From an uncultured Alphaproteobacteria bacterium (GTDB taxonomy: Bacteria > Pseudomonadota > Alphaproteobacteria > Rhizobiales > Beijerinckiaceae), in assembly GCA_963718265.1 (NCBI GenBank), contig CAVQZL010000021.1, positions 58,191 to 122,190 of the forward strand: DNA of 64,000 nucleotides, read 5' to 3'. The notes beneath the pieces were generated by a model. It worked only from the letters and a program-made list of their open reading frames with translations, had not been told where the DNA came from and searched no databases. Below, piece after piece: positions 34,430 to 45,968 of this stretch (position 1 is the first letter of the stretch; each line of letters begins with the position of its first letter). The position numbers were made by a program, and so were the translations under genes.

Positions 34430-34631
34430 GAATATTCGATATTTTCGGCACACCGGCACTTTGTACATTACGTTTTGCCATTGCGATATTGCTCCCTCCA
34501 AGGATCTTGACGAAAACACGGTTTTGAACTCGGATGCCGATGCCAATGCATGCGCAACCATCTTTGACCATGCGAGCGATCCTACTGACGCTGACGCGCA
34601 CCGTTTGACGGCCGAAGAAATAGTGGCGTAA
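34430..34631 (+). pseudogene. DUF2283-like remnant
   Basis: NIRYFRHTGTLYITF...SKDLDENTVLNSDADAN...DHAS resembles DUF2283 proteins; no start codon. Confidence 0.5.
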
Positions 34632-34648
34632 TCGCGGCGTCCCCAGCG

Positions 34649-34701
34649 CCCCCTCGCGGGCTCGACTCTCTCGAGCCACCATCTCCCGCAAGGGGATAAG
34701 G
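34649..34701. repeat. Alphaproteobacterial CCCCTC..GGCTCG..CGAGCCACC.TCTCCCGCAAGGGGA.AGG repeat
   Basis: Two consecutive hairpins: GGCTCGA/TCGAGCC and TCTCCC/GGGGA. Confidence 0.55.
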
Positions 34702-34803
34702 TTTCGCTTTGGCGCCTGCTAATTAGGCGCATAATGCGAAGAGGCTGGGTGATTCGTTTCGGCGTCGGTATTCCGGTCTGAATGTTAGAGGAGCCGCAAG
34801 CCC

Positions 34804-37146
34804 TTGACCAATGCTCTGTTATTTCAGCCGCTTGATGCGCCTGCCCTGCAAGGAATTGCCGCCCGTGCGCGGCCGCGCCGCTATCTCGACGGGCTTAACG
34901 CCGAGCAGCGGGAAGCGATCGAGGCGATCGATGGGCCGCTTCTTGTGCTGGCCGGAGCTGGCACAGGCAAAACCCGCGTGCTAACCACAAGAATCGCGCA
35001 TATCCTGGCGCAGAGCCGCGCCCGCGCGCATGAAATCCTCGCCGTGACATTCACCAACAAGGCGGCGCGGGAAATGAAAGAGCGGGTCGGAACGATTGCC
35101 GGGCCGGTCGCCGAAGGCATGCCGTGGCTCGGCACCTTCCATGCAATTTCGACTAAGATTATGCGCCGCCACGCCGAGCTTGTGGGTCTGAAACCGGGCT
35201 TCACCATTCTCGATGCGGACGATCAGATCCGCTTGTTGAAACAAGTTCTGCAAGCCGAAAACATCGACGACAAGCGCTGGCCCGCACGCGCGCTCGCGCA
35301 TCAGATCGATGCCTGGAAAAATCGCGGTCTCGATTCGTCGCATGTGCCGGCAGGCGAGGCGGTTGCGTTCGCCAACGGCAAGGGCGCCGCGCTTTATAAG
35401 CTTTACCAGGAGAGGCTAAAAATTCTCAACGCCGCCGACTTTGGCGACCTGTTGCTCGAAACCTTGCGTCTCTTTCGCGAAAATCCGGCCGTCCTAAAAC
35501 TTTATCAAGACCGGTTTCGCTTTATGCTCGTCGATGAATATCAAGATACCAACACTGCCCAGTATTTGTGGCTGCGGCTGCTCGCGCAGGGGCGCCAAAA
35601 TATCTGTTGCGTCGGCGACGACGATCAATCGATCTATGGCTGGCGCGGCGCCGAGGTCGATAACATTTTGCGTTTCGAAAGCGATTTTCCGGGCGCGAAA
35701 ATCGTTAGGCTCGAGCGCAATTACCGCTCGACCGGGCATATCCTCGCCGTCGCGGCGGGCTTGATCGCGCACAACGAGGGGCGGCTCGGAAAAACTCTCT
35801 TCACCGATGACGAAGCTGGCGAGAAACCAACCGTCACGGGAGTTTGGGATTCGGAAGAAGAAGCCCGCGTGATCGGCGAAGAGATCGAGCAAATTCAGGC
35901 CAAGGGCCATGCCCTCGACGAGATCGCCATTCTTGTCCGCGCGTCGTTCCAGATGCGCGAATTCGAAGAGCGATTTATCACCCTTGGTCTGCCTTACCGG
36001 GTGATCGGCGGTCCTCGTTTCTACGAGCGCGCGGAAATCCGCGATGCCCTCGCCTATTTGCGCTGCACCGCGCAGCCCGCTGACGACCTTGCCTTCGAGC
36101 GCATCGTCAACCTGCCCAAACGCGGCCTCGGCGACGCTACCTTGCAGATCCTCCACGAACATGCGCGGCGCGCGCGCGTCCCCATGATGCGGGCGGCGGC
36201 GGCAATCGTCGAGACCGAGAAATTGAAGCCCATGCAGCGCCAAACCCTGCGCCGCCTTTTGGCTGATTTTTCTCGCTGGGCCGGGTTGATCGAGACAATG
36301 CCGCAGGGCGAGCTCGCCGGGACCATACTGGAAGAATCCGGCTATACCGATAAGTGGCGTAAGGAGAAGACGGCCGATGCCGAGGGGCGTCTCGAAAATC
36401 TTAAGGAACTGGTCCGCGCGATGGCGGAATTTCCCGATCTTGGCGCGTTTCTCGAACATATCTCGTTGGTGATGGACGCCGCGAATACGGACTCCGGCGC
36501 GCGCGTGTCGATCATGACTTTGCACGCCGCGAAAGGGCTTGAGTTCGAGACCGTGTTTTTGCCTGGATGGGAAGAGGGGTTGTTCCCGCATCAACGTTCA
36601 CTCGACGATTTTGGCCGCGCGGGGCTCGAGGAAGAGCGCCGCCTCGCCTATGTCGGCCTCACGCGGGCCAGGCGCCGGGCGAAACTATATTTCGCGGCCA
36701 ACCGGCGCATTCACGGGCTTTGGCAAACGACGATTCCTTCGCGTTTCCTGGACGAACTGCCGGAACCTCACGTGGAAGTCGTCGAGGCGGCGACAAGTTC
36801 GGCTTATGGCGGCTATGCGCAATCGCGTTTTTCCAACATGGACACCTATGGGTCGTCCTATGCGACGCCTGGCTGGCAGCGCGCGAAGCAACGCGGAGGC
36901 GAATCAGCACGGGGCAGTTCCGGGGGGTTGCAAGAGCGCCGGGCGTGGCGTGGCCGGGAGCAAATCGAGGGGGAACTCGTGGCGAGTTCGAACGCGGCTC
37001 CGACCTTTGCGAAGGGCGCGCAGGTGTTTCACGCGAAATTCGGCACCGGCACGGTCGCCGCCGTGGACGGCAATAAGCTCACCGTCGATTTTGGCGAGGC
37101 GGGGCGCAAAATGGTGTTGGAGAGTTTTGTCAAGGCGGGGCGATAA
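34804..37146 (+). CDS. uvrD: UvrD/PcrA DNA helicase II
   Basis: AGAGTGKT, TFTNKAA, VDEYQD, VGDDDQSIYGWRG, NYRS, TLHAAKGLEF, EERRLAYVGLTRA, C-terminal Tudor-like domain. Confidence 0.95.
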   Translation: MTNALLFQPLDAPALQGIAARARPRRYLDGLNAEQREAIEAIDGPLLVLAGAGTGKTRVLTTRIAHILAQSRARAHEILAVTFTNKAAREMKERVGTIAGPVAEGMPWLGTFHAISTKIMRRHAELVGLKPGFTILDADDQIRLLKQVLQAENIDDKRWPARALAHQIDAWKNRGLDSSHVPAGEAVAFANGKGAALYKLYQERLKILNAADFGDLLLETLRLFRENPAVLKLYQDRFRFMLVDEYQDTNTAQYLWLRLLAQGRQNICCVGDDDQSIYGWRGAEVDNILRFESDFPGAKIVRLERNYRSTGHILAVAAGLIAHNEGRLGKTLFTDDEAGEKPTVTGVWDSEEEARVIGEEIEQIQAKGHALDEIAILVRASFQMREFEERFITLGLPYRVIGGPRFYERAEIRDALAYLRCTAQPADDLAFERIVNLPKRGLGDATLQILHEHARRARVPMMRAAAAIVETEKLKPMQRQTLRRLLADFSRWAGLIETMPQGELAGTILEESGYTDKWRKEKTADAEGRLENLKELVRAMAEFPDLGAFLEHISLVMDAANTDSGARVSIMTLHAAKGLEFETVFLPGWEEGLFPHQRSLDDFGRAGLEEERRLAYVGLTRARRRAKLYFAANRRIHGLWQTTIPSRFLDELPEPHVEVVEAATSSAYGGYAQSRFSNMDTYGSSYATPGWQRAKQRGGESARGSSGGLQERRAWRGREQIEGELVASSNAAPTFAKGAQVFHAKFGTGTVAAVDGNKLTVDFGEAGRKMVLESFVKAGR

Positions 37147-37152
37147 AGCATC

Positions 37153-38402
37153 CTGGGCAATCGGGTGAATTAACGGGTGACAACGGGCTGAAGTGCTGAA
37201 TCTGTCGATGTCCTCTGATTCGCGGGAGGATGAACGCGATGGACGGGGTGACTTGCGATGTTGAGACGATCGCCGAGACGGTTATTTTTCTACGCTATTT
37301 CAAGGACCTGCCGGATTGCCGGCAAAGCGGGAAGGTAAGATATCCGCTCGCCGAGGTGCTGCTGTTGTGCCTGTTGGCGGTGGTCGCCGGGGCGGAAACC
37401 ATCACCGACATCGCCCGCTTCGGCGAGAAGAAGCTCGGCCTGTTGCGCCGATTTCGACCCTTCGCGGAGGGCACGCCGGCACATGATCACCTGGGCCATT
37501 TCCTCGCCACGCTGGACACCGAGGCCTTCGAGCGTTGCTTCGTCGCCTGGGTCGCGGCCCTGATCGGGGTTCCCGAAGGCATGGTCGCCATCGACGGCAA
37601 GACCGTGCGCCGCTCGAAGGGGAAGGCCAAGGGTCCGATCCACATCGTGTCGGCTTTCGCCGCACGACAACGTCTGGTTCTCGGTCAGGTCAAGGTGGCG
37701 GAGAAGTCCAACGAGATCGTCGCCATCCCCAAGCTCCTGGACATGCTGGCGATGGAGGGCGCGGTCGTGACCATCGACGCGATGGGCTGCCAACGCGACA
37801 TCGCGCAGACGATCGTGGACAAGAAAGCCGATTACATCCTCGCCCTCAAAGGCAATCAGGGCACGCTCCGAGACGACGTCAAGCTGTTCGTCGCCGAGCA
37901 AAAAGCCAAGGCGATTTCAAAGACACCAACGTCAGCCGCCACGAGACCGTCGATGGCGATCACGGCCGCATCGAGACCCGGGACGATCACCGTCATCCAC
38001 GACGTCGACTGGCTACAAGAGCGACACGATTGGCCCGGCTTGAAGAGCGTCGTCGTGGTCGAGAGCACCCGCGAAATCGGCGGCAAGATCGAGCGCGAGA
38101 CGCGCTTCTACATCACCTCACTGGTTCTCATCGCCAACCAGATCGGCCCCCTCATCCGCGATCATTGGGCGGTCGAGAACAGCCTCCATTGGGTCCTGGA
38201 CATGGTCTTCCGCGACGACGAATGTCGCATGCGAACCGATCACGCCCCCGCCAACTTCACCACCCTCAAGCACATGGCCCTCAACCTCATCCGAAGAGCA
38301 CCAGGCAAAGATTCCATCCGCTTGAGGCGCAAAGTCGCAGCCTGGGACGATGACTTTCTCGCAAGCGTATTCACAGCCTGATTAACTCACCCGATTCCCC
38401 TG
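37153..38402 (+). mobile_element. ISAs1-family insertion sequence
   Basis: Inverted repeats CTGGGCAATCGGGTGAATTAA / TTAACTCACCCGATTCCCCTG (18/21 match). No target duplication seen. Confidence 0.88.
37230..38381 (+). CDS. ISAs1 transposase (compensating frameshifts at about 37910-37980)
   Basis: AIDGKT, KSNEI, TIDAMGCQ, LKGNQ, HW.VENSLHWVLD; the HGRIETR motif lies in the alternative frame. Confidence 0.92.
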   Translation: MNAMDGVTCDVETIAETVIFLRYFKDLPDCRQSGKVRYPLAEVLLLCLLAVVAGAETITDIARFGEKKLGLLRRFRPFAEGTPAHDHLGHFLATLDTEAFERCFVAWVAALIGVPEGMVAIDGKTVRRSKGKAKGPIHIVSAFAARQRLVLGQVKVAEKSNEIVAIPKLLDMLAMEGAVVTIDAMGCQRDIAQTIVDKKADYILALKGNQGTLRDDVKLFVAEQKAKAISKTPTSAATRPSMAITAASRPGTITVIHDVDWLQERHDWPGLKSVVVVESTREIGGKIERETRFYITSLVLIANQIGPLIRDHWAVENSLHWVLDMVFRDDECRMRTDHAPANFTTLKHMALNLIRRAPGKDSIRLRRKVAAWDDDFLASVFTA

Positions 38403-39111
38403 ACGTTGGCAAGGCTGCGAACTCGGACCGATGGTCCTATGAACTAAAGGCGCGCGAATGAAGATAATTGGCGTAGGGCGTCCTATGGAGAAGGCCCAAT
38501 GCCGCTGGCTGCCACCGGATTGCTGAAGAGGACGGCTTCTCTTCGACGGCACAAGTGTGCCAAGGTGGGGTCGAAGGAGCGCCACAATGGGGGAGACTGT
38601 CTAAAGCAAAGTTTGGTACAGGTTCTCATTAAGGAGATTTGGTATTATTCATTATCGCGTACTACTCTCGGGAAACTATTTGGGGTCTAAGCTTCTACCG
38701 TGCCACGATCATCCGCGGGTCTTGTCCCGCCGGGCCTTAAGAGATACAGGGACTATATGGGTAGGTTGGCTACAAGAATCGGCGCCTCTCGCAGGCGGTT
38801 CAACCGACCGGAACCTGATCCAGTGCCTGTGTGAAGGCTTCAGGTGTCATACGTGCGAGCGAAACCCTCGGCAGAGTTGCGTCCTGATGACGGGAAGATC
38901 AACAACCCTTTGTGCAGAATGGGCCAGATACATGAAGAGCGACCGGTCTGCCTACAATGGCAACGGCTCAGCCCTGCGCGGAAAGTCGTGTGGAGGCAAA
39001 ATTTGGCTTGGCGCGACGCCAATTGGGGGCATGTCGGCTTATGGCGAATCATGATAACGATACCGGAATGAGCCCTATGGGTGATGCTGTGCGCGAAGGG
39101 CAAGCTACGTT

Positions 39112-39726
39112 GTGATCTCTCATGAATATCATTGCATTTTTGTTCACATCCCACGCTGCGCAGGCACAAGCGTCGAGACGTGGATCACCGGACGCGACTG
39201 GTGGCAAGTCAACCCCGAGACCAAGCATCTGATCGCCAGTCAAGCTAAGTCTTTGTACGGGGACTATTGGAATAAGTATTATAAGTTTGCGATAGTCCGA
39301 GATCCGTTCGACAGGATGATCTCCTGCCTGAACTATGCAGAACACTTCGGACTATCGTTCATCAATGGGCGCGGATTATGCTTTGACAAATATCACGACT
39401 TGTTCGGCAGAACACTGGTCGTCGAACATGACTATCGCTTCTACAAGCGCGCCAATCTTGTCCACGAATGCCATAAGCCGAATTCAGTCTATGGAAATAT
39501 TCTCGATGAGCCGCTCGACTTCATAGCGCGGTTTGAAAATCTGGCGGACGATATGCGGGAGGTCCAGCGAGCTATTGGATGCCGAAATCAATTCGTCTTA
39601 CACACCGAGAAATCGGCACATCGAACGCTCGCAAAACATGATTTCTTAGATCGCGATCTCGCTCAAATAAGCGAAATGTTTCGAGCGGATTTGGAAACGT
39701 TCTCTTATTCCCCTCGAGGGTTTTAG
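39112..39726 (+). CDS. Sulfotransferase family 2
   Basis: IFVHIPRCAGTS, KFAIVRDPFDRMIS, DFIARFENLADD. Confidence 0.85.
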   Translation: MISHEYHCIFVHIPRCAGTSVETWITGRDWWQVNPETKHLIASQAKSLYGDYWNKYYKFAIVRDPFDRMISCLNYAEHFGLSFINGRGLCFDKYHDLFGRTLVVEHDYRFYKRANLVHECHKPNSVYGNILDEPLDFIARFENLADDMREVQRAIGCRNQFVLHTEKSAHRTLAKHDFLDRDLAQISEMFRADLETFSYSPRGF

Positions 39727-40102
39727 ATATCAATTGAATAGGGTCAGACGGCTGCTATGTTTTGGTCTTGAGTTCACAATTCCGAACAAACTGAATTTTA
39801 CAGCAGAATATTTTCTGAAGCGCTTGGGACAAAGAACAATGATCGTGAAAACGGAATTGCAATTCAATTCGACGTATCGAAATTCAAGGGGGAAGAAGTC
39901 TTAATCAGCCGAGACCTTGGCGTCCATGCTGGCCGCTGGAGCGGGCATCGCTGCGCCTGCCAGGCGTGCCGCGTCCGGCCGCTCACCTGTGCGCGTATCC
40001 TTATCCCCGGTGATGGCGTTTGCCTCCGCCTTTGATATTGACGCGCCTATGATATTGAGGCGTCTGTTGAGATCACGATCAAGCCGCGCCTCGGAGTAAC
40101 TC

Positions 40103-40936
40103 ATGATATCGTATGCCCAGAATTTCGAAGATGTAATGATCGCGCGGCTTTTCGATGCTCACTACCGCGGTTTCTATGTCGACATTGGCGCCGCTCACCC
40201 CGACAACCTGTCGGTTACTCGTCATTTTTACGATCAGGGATGGTCCGGGATTAATGTCGAGCCAACCTTTCGCTTCTATCCGCTGTTATGCAAGGCTCGT
40301 CCCAGGGATATAAACCTGCAATGTGCCGTCGGCAACGGCCCAGGCCTCGCGACGCTTTACGAAATTCCAAAGTTCGCCGAAAATTCGACACTCGAACGCA
40401 ATGTCGCCGATCGCCTCGCTGCCACCGAACTACCCGCAACACCGCACGAGGTCGAGGTCGTCCGGCTCGCTGATCTTTGCGATCTTCATGTCAAGGACCG
40501 GACCATAGACTTCATGAAGATCGACGTCGAGGGTAGTGAACTCGGTGTTCTTGAAGGTGGGGATTGGGAGAGATTCCGCCCGCGGCTTTTGATCGTCGAA
40601 GCAACCGTCGTCAATTCCAGGGAAGAGAATTGGCAGACCTGGGAGCCGATCTTGATCGAGGCCAATTATCACAAAGTCTGGTTCGATGGTCTGAATAATT
40701 TCTATCTGCGCGAAGAGGATCTGAAGCTGCGTCACGCTTTTCGGTTGCCGCCAAACATTTATGATTGCTTCGAAACAGCCGATCTATTCAGACTGAAACG
40801 ATTGCTATCCGACCGTGACGCGCCATTCCTACAGATCAAGGCCTTGCTTTCCCGCCGCAGCGTCCGCTGGTTTAATAGGGTCGCAAATTGGCCTGAATTG
40901 AAGGAGCTAGCCGACTGGTCGAAAATTCCTCAATAG
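40103..40936 (+). CDS. FkbM-family methyltransferase
   Basis: SYAQNFEDV, YVDIGA, GWSGINVEP, RPRDINL, IDFMKIDVEG. Confidence 0.92.
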   Translation: MISYAQNFEDVMIARLFDAHYRGFYVDIGAAHPDNLSVTRHFYDQGWSGINVEPTFRFYPLLCKARPRDINLQCAVGNGPGLATLYEIPKFAENSTLERNVADRLAATELPATPHEVEVVRLADLCDLHVKDRTIDFMKIDVEGSELGVLEGGDWERFRPRLLIVEATVVNSREENWQTWEPILIEANYHKVWFDGLNNFYLREEDLKLRHAFRLPPNIYDCFETADLFRLKRLLSDRDAPFLQIKALLSRRSVRWFNRVANWPELKELADWSKIPQ

Positions 40937-40992
40937 AACCTGGCGGTGCACTGGCTTGGGAAAAAATGGGTATGGGAACTCCAGCTATCGCC

Positions 40993-42484
40993 ATGAGCGA
41001 TCTTGAATGCCCGCGCTGCGGGTCATCCCTGAACGTCCTGGCTTGTCCAGAATGCGGCGCCGCCTATGAACCTGTCTGGGGCATTCCTTTCATCGGCAGC
41101 TATGAGCGCGCCGATGCATTGGGCTTGATCGAAATCGCCGCTCACGTGCCCAAGCGTGCAGAATTGCATATGCCGCAGGATATCGTGCAGATTTTGGATG
41201 GACTGTGCGAGCGCTATCATTCCGCTTCCAATAAAGTAGCGTTCATCGAGAACAACCCCAGAGCCGGGATGTGGGATTTTCAGAATTGCTACGATGAGTG
41301 GCGGACGTTCCATCTATTGATCGACGGGCTTGATCTTCGCGAAATGCGCGTTCTCGATATTGGCGCCGGCCAGGGGTTTGACAGCCAGCGGCTTTCGCTC
41401 CTTGGCGCCGAGGTCACGGCGCTCGAGTTTAACCCGATCCGCGCCGAGGCAGGCCAAGGCAACTTCCCGCATATCCGCTGGATTGGCGGCTTCTCCCATG
41501 CGCTGCCGTTCAAATCAGCCTCATTCGATGGCGTGTTTTGCAACTCCGCCCTCCATCATATGAGGGACATCCCCGCGGCGATTGCGGAAGCTCTCCGCGT
41601 GCTTCGTCCAGGCGGAATCCTCATTACGACGGGCGATCCGTTCCGCGCCGATGACATCCCTCAATTCCACGAACTGGAGATATTCGACCGGCACGAGCAT
41701 GCACTTCTCGGCATTAACGAACAAATCCCCCGGTTTTCGGATTTTGTTCAAACATTTGAAGAGAGCGCTGACTGCGTCGAGGCAGAAGTCTTCACTTATA
41801 TGCTGTATGGCGGCAAGTCAGGTAAAGACCCTAATTTGACCGAATGGACTCGCTGGGATCTTGCAGTCGATGGCAGCATGCTCAAACAGCGTAATGGCAG
41901 CATCTCCCTTCGCGTAAAGTTGGTCAAGAAATGGCCGCGCGAGCGCCTGCTGCAAACAGGAGGCGTTCTCAGTCCTCCGGCCTTCGCCAGTTTGCTGCAT
42001 GAGGAGTTCTGAGGCGATTTCGACGCTTGCAGCGATCATGCCTGACGAGGACGTCAACAAGGCGTTTCGAACGCCGCCCTCAAAATTCGATCTTCTTAAC
42101 GGCTGGCGCCTGGGTGACAAGTCGAGGGGCGTGAGAACCGCATACCGCCGTGGGCGGTGGTTCCTTATCCGGAATGACGAAGAGATTTTAAGTTTCTCTA
42201 TCCGCTCGCCGGTGCCAGCAAATTTCTCGGTGTTTCTCGATGCAAAGCCCGTGCAGCATTTGGCCGCGACTGCAGAATGGCAGAAGATCGCGGTTGATTT
42301 GACATGCATCACACCGTCGATGCGATATGTGCTTGAGATCCGCCGCGATGAAAAGGCGGCCGATTTCGACAGCAATTGCTTTCAGGTAAAGAAGCGCGAG
42401 GTTCATAGGCCCGGACTGTTCTGGCATCTTGCGCAGCGGCTCTTGCGGCGGACCATGGAATTTTCGCTCCCCTCAAAGCATTGA
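40993..42484 (+). CDS. Class I methyltransferase with N-terminal zinc ribbon (frameshift near 42005)
   Basis: CPRC...CPEC, VLDIGAGQG, LPFKSASFDGV, LHHMRD, RVLRPGG; the C-terminal part is ORF 41999-42484. Confidence 0.75.
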
Positions 42485-42554
42485 GCAGACCAAAATGCTT
42501 TGCTGGCCTTGTAGCCGTCCGGCTGCTCTTACTGCCCCCTGTGGGGAGACACAA

Positions 42555-44090
42555 ATGACGGAATTCTCCCGCCGCCAGACCCTGGCGGCATTGCTCGCCG
42601 CGAGTGCGAATTTTGCCGCGCATCCCGCGCGTGCTGCTTCTCTTACCGTGGCACGGCAGTCTTTTCTTCTTGTCAACGATGTCTACCGGATCGAGGAGAA
42701 CAAGGACGGGCGCGGCGGAATGGCGCGCTTCGCTTCTGCCGTAAAGGCGGAGCGCGCGAGGGCGCTCGCTGGAGACCGTCGACTTATTTGCGTCCATGCC
42801 GGCGATACGCTGTCGCCAAGCCTTTTGTCGAGCTTCGATCAAGGGGCGCATATGATCGATCTCTTCAATGATGTGGGGTTCGATGCGTTTGTTCCCGGCA
42901 ATCATGAGTTCGATTTTGGCAAGGATGTTTACTTGGAGCGGATGGGAGAGGCCCGTTTCCCGATCCTCGCGGCAAATCTGAAAAATAGTGATGGTGCGCC
43001 GCTGCCGGGTCATCACGAACAATTGCTGATCGAGGTGGACGGCCTCAAGCTCGCGCTTATCGGCGCCACCTATGAAGACACGGCAAGCGCCTCGCGCCCG
43101 GGCGACCTCACCTTCGCGCCGACGATCCCGGCGGTGCTCGCGGGCGCCAAAAGCGCGCGCGCGGCAGGCGCCGATTTCGTCGTCGCCATCGTGCATGCCG
43201 ACAAGGCGACAGGCGCGGCATTGATGAATACGCATGCCGTCGATCTCATCCTGTCTGGCCACAATCACGATCTCCATATCGATTTCGATGGCCGCACCGC
43301 GCTCGTCGAATCCGAGCAGGACGCGAATTACGTCACAATTGTCGATATCGACGTCGAGAGGACGCGAGACGACGCAAGTCGCAGGCTTCCTTGGTGGCCG
43401 GAATTCCGCGTCGTCGATACGGCGAAGATTGATCCGGATTCGTCGATACTTGCCAAGGTCCGCGGTTACCAGGCCGAGTTGGCGAAGCGGTTCGATGTAG
43501 AGATCGCGACTCTCGTCGCGCCGCTCGACAGCCGCACCGAGGCCGTGCGCTCGGGGGAAACCGCAATCGGCAATCTTATCGCCGATGCGCTCCGCAAGGC
43601 GGGGGCGGCGGAAATCGCGATCATCAATGGCGGCGCAATCAGAGGCAACAAATTCTATCCGGAGGGCACCAAGCTTTTGAAGCGCGACATCCTCGACGAA
43701 CTCCCTTTCGGCAACAAGACCATGCTGACGCTAGTTCCGGGCAAAGCCATTCTGGCCGGCCTCGAAAACGGATTTTCCCAGGTCGAGGGCTTGCCGGGGC
43801 GGTTTCCGCAGGTTTCCGGGCTCGCAGTCGTCGCCGATCCGGCGGCGGCGCCAGGTGCGCGGGTGAAGACGGTGATGGTCAATGGCGAAGCGCTTGACGC
43901 CTCCCGCGATTATAAGCTCGCGACCAATGATTTCTTGGCGCGCGGCGGCGATGGCTACGGAATGCTCGCGGGCAAGACGCATGTGACTACCGATTCCGGC
44001 ACAAGGCTCGTCGCGCTCGATGTGATCGACTATATCGAGGCGGCGAAAGTTATCGATGCTAGAGTTGAGGGCAGGATCGTCTTTCGATAG
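42555..44090 (+). CDS. Tat-exported 5'-nucleotidase/metallophosphoesterase
   Basis: SRRQTL Tat motif, NDVY, HAGD, GNHEFD, LSGHNH, NGGAIRG, PFGN, FPQVSG. Confidence 0.92.
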   Translation: MTEFSRRQTLAALLAASANFAAHPARAASLTVARQSFLLVNDVYRIEENKDGRGGMARFASAVKAERARALAGDRRLICVHAGDTLSPSLLSSFDQGAHMIDLFNDVGFDAFVPGNHEFDFGKDVYLERMGEARFPILAANLKNSDGAPLPGHHEQLLIEVDGLKLALIGATYEDTASASRPGDLTFAPTIPAVLAGAKSARAAGADFVVAIVHADKATGAALMNTHAVDLILSGHNHDLHIDFDGRTALVESEQDANYVTIVDIDVERTRDDASRRLPWWPEFRVVDTAKIDPDSSILAKVRGYQAELAKRFDVEIATLVAPLDSRTEAVRSGETAIGNLIADALRKAGAAEIAIINGGAIRGNKFYPEGTKLLKRDILDELPFGNKTMLTLVPGKAILAGLENGFSQVEGLPGRFPQVSGLAVVADPAAAPGARVKTVMVNGEALDASRDYKLATNDFLARGGDGYGMLAGKTHVTTDSGTRLVALDVIDYIEAAKVIDARVEGRIVFR

Positions 44091-44230
44091 GCGCGCGGGT
44101 GCCATCACCTTGGCCAAGCCGGATACTGACCACATTGCTGTTGGTACTCTCCGCGTTGCACCGTCCTTGCATTGAGCTTGTCGCAACGAACGGCTAGAAG
44201 GCGCGCGGGTTGACCTTGGGACGAGAGCCG

Positions 44231-45112
44231 ATGAACGAACCAAATCCTAGCCCGCAAGAACAAGCGCAGCAACAGGCAGCGATCCTAATGCAGGCGCTGC
44301 CGCACATGTTGCGCTACGACGATGCGATCGTCGTCGTCAAATATGGCGGCCATGCAATGGGGGACGACAAAGTCGCGCGGGCTTTCGCGCGCGACATGGT
44401 TTTGCTCGAACAGTCCGGGGTCAATCCCGTCGTTGTCCATGGCGGCGGACCGCAAATCGGCGCGATGCTCACCAAGCTCGGCATCAAATCGGAATTTTCC
44501 GACGGCCTGCGGATCACCGGACGGGCCACCATGGACATAGTCGAGATGGTGCTGGCAGGTTCGATCAACAAACAGATCGTCGGCTACATCAATGCCGAGG
44601 GTGGCCGGGCGATCGGCCTTTGCGGCAAGGACGGCAATATGGTGACGGCAAACAAGGTGTCGCCAACGAGCAACGGCGTCGATCTCGGCTTTGTCGGCGA
44701 GCCGGCCAAGGTCGATAGGACCGTGCTCGACCAAGTGCTCGGGCGCGAACTCATCCCCGTCCTTGCGCCAGTCGCGCAAGGCGAGGATGGCGAGACCTAT
44801 AATGTCAACGCCGACACGTTCGCGGGCGCGATCGCCGGCGCGCTCAAGGCAAAGCGGCTAGTGCTGCTCACCGACGTGCAGGGCGTTCTCGACCGCGGCA
44901 AGAATTTGATCAAGCAGTTGCACGTCGATGAAATTCATGCCCTCATCGCCGATGGCACGATCACCGGCGGCATGATTCCGAAGGTCGAAACCTGCATCGA
45001 TGCGCTCGCACAAGGCGTCGAAGGCGCCGTCATCCTCGATGGCAAGATGCCACATGCTGTGCTCGTCGAGCTTTTGACGGATCACGGCGCCGGGACTCTC
45101 ATTACACGGTGA
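44231..45112 (+). CDS. argB: Acetylglutamate kinase
   Basis: [34 protein letters not shown]. Confidence 0.97.
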   Translation: MNEPNPSPQEQAQQQAAILMQALPHMLRYDDAIVVVKYGGHAMGDDKVARAFARDMVLLEQSGVNPVVVHGGGPQIGAMLTKLGIKSEFSDGLRITGRATMDIVEMVLAGSINKQIVGYINAEGGRAIGLCGKDGNMVTANKVSPTSNGVDLGFVGEPAKVDRTVLDQVLGRELIPVLAPVAQGEDGETYNVNADTFAGAIAGALKAKRLVLLTDVQGVLDRGKNLIKQLHVDEIHALIADGTITGGMIPKVETCIDALAQGVEGAVILDGKMPHAVLVELLTDHGAGTLITR

Positions 45113-45891
45113 AAGACACGAAACCCTTTTTGAATGACTCCTCCACTGTTCGGCGCGCCTCTGCCGGCGAAGCCCTGGCGCTCACCGGGACCCTGTCTGA
45201 CATCGATACTTGGGTCTTCGATCTCGACAACACGCTTTATCCGGCCGACTGCGATGTCTGGCCGAAGATCGATCAGCGGATCACGCTGTACCTCGGCTAT
45301 CTCTTTGGGCTGGACGGCATATCGTCGCGGGCACTGCAAAAATATTATTATGAGCGCTACGGCACGACCCTGCGCGGCCTGATGGAGGAACATGGTATTC
45401 CGCCGGACGATTTTCTCGATTTCACGCATGACATCGACCGATCTTCGCTACTCCCCGACCTTGCTCTCGCTGCAGCGATCACTGGCTTGCCCGGACGCAA
45501 GCTCATTTTGACGAACGGGTCGCGTGAACATGCCTTGTTGACCGCCGGGGCGCTTGGGCTAGAGGCGATGTTTGAGGATATTTTCGATATCGCCGACGCC
45601 AATTTCGTGCCGAAGCCCGCGGCTGCCACCTACGAACGATTCTTCGACAGGCACGCAGTCGATCCGGCGCGGGCCGTGATGTTCGAGGATCTCGCAAAAA
45701 ACCTCATTATTCCCCATGAAAAAGGAATGGCGACCGTTCTCGTCGTGCCGAAACCAGGCCAAAAGGATTATCGCGAAGCATTTGAGATCGAGCGGGGAGA
45801 GGCGACATCCCATATCGACTTCGTGACAAGCGACCTCGCCCGATTTTTGATGGGCCTCGGCCCGGACGCCCCGGAGACTGCTGGCGCTTAG
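45109..45891 (+). CDS. Pyrimidine 5'-nucleotidase (HAD)
   Basis: [28 protein letters not shown]. Confidence 0.9.
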   Translation: MKDTKPFLNDSSTVRRASAGEALALTGTLSDIDTWVFDLDNTLYPADCDVWPKIDQRITLYLGYLFGLDGISSRALQKYYYERYGTTLRGLMEEHGIPPDDFLDFTHDIDRSSLLPDLALAAAITGLPGRKLILTNGSREHALLTAGALGLEAMFEDIFDIADANFVPKPAAATYERFFDRHAVDPARAVMFEDLAKNLIIPHEKGMATVLVVPKPGQKDYREAFEIERGEATSHIDFVTSDLARFLMGLGPDAPETAGA

Positions 45892-45968
45892 GGGCTATTG
45901 ACATTAGCGGGAGGTGTACCGAAACCTCGCGCGCATTTTGCAAAATTTTCCTCTCTCCGGAGACCCAG

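Noticed and set aside
38805-38830. GAACCTGATCCAG identical to part of the TPP riboswitch
   Set aside because: Lacks the upstream CTGAGA and downstream GCGTAGGGA elements; likely chance.
38855-38900. GAAAC...GTC-CTGATGA hammerhead-like core
   Set aside because: No room for stem I between GUC and CUGAUGA, and no stem II pairing.
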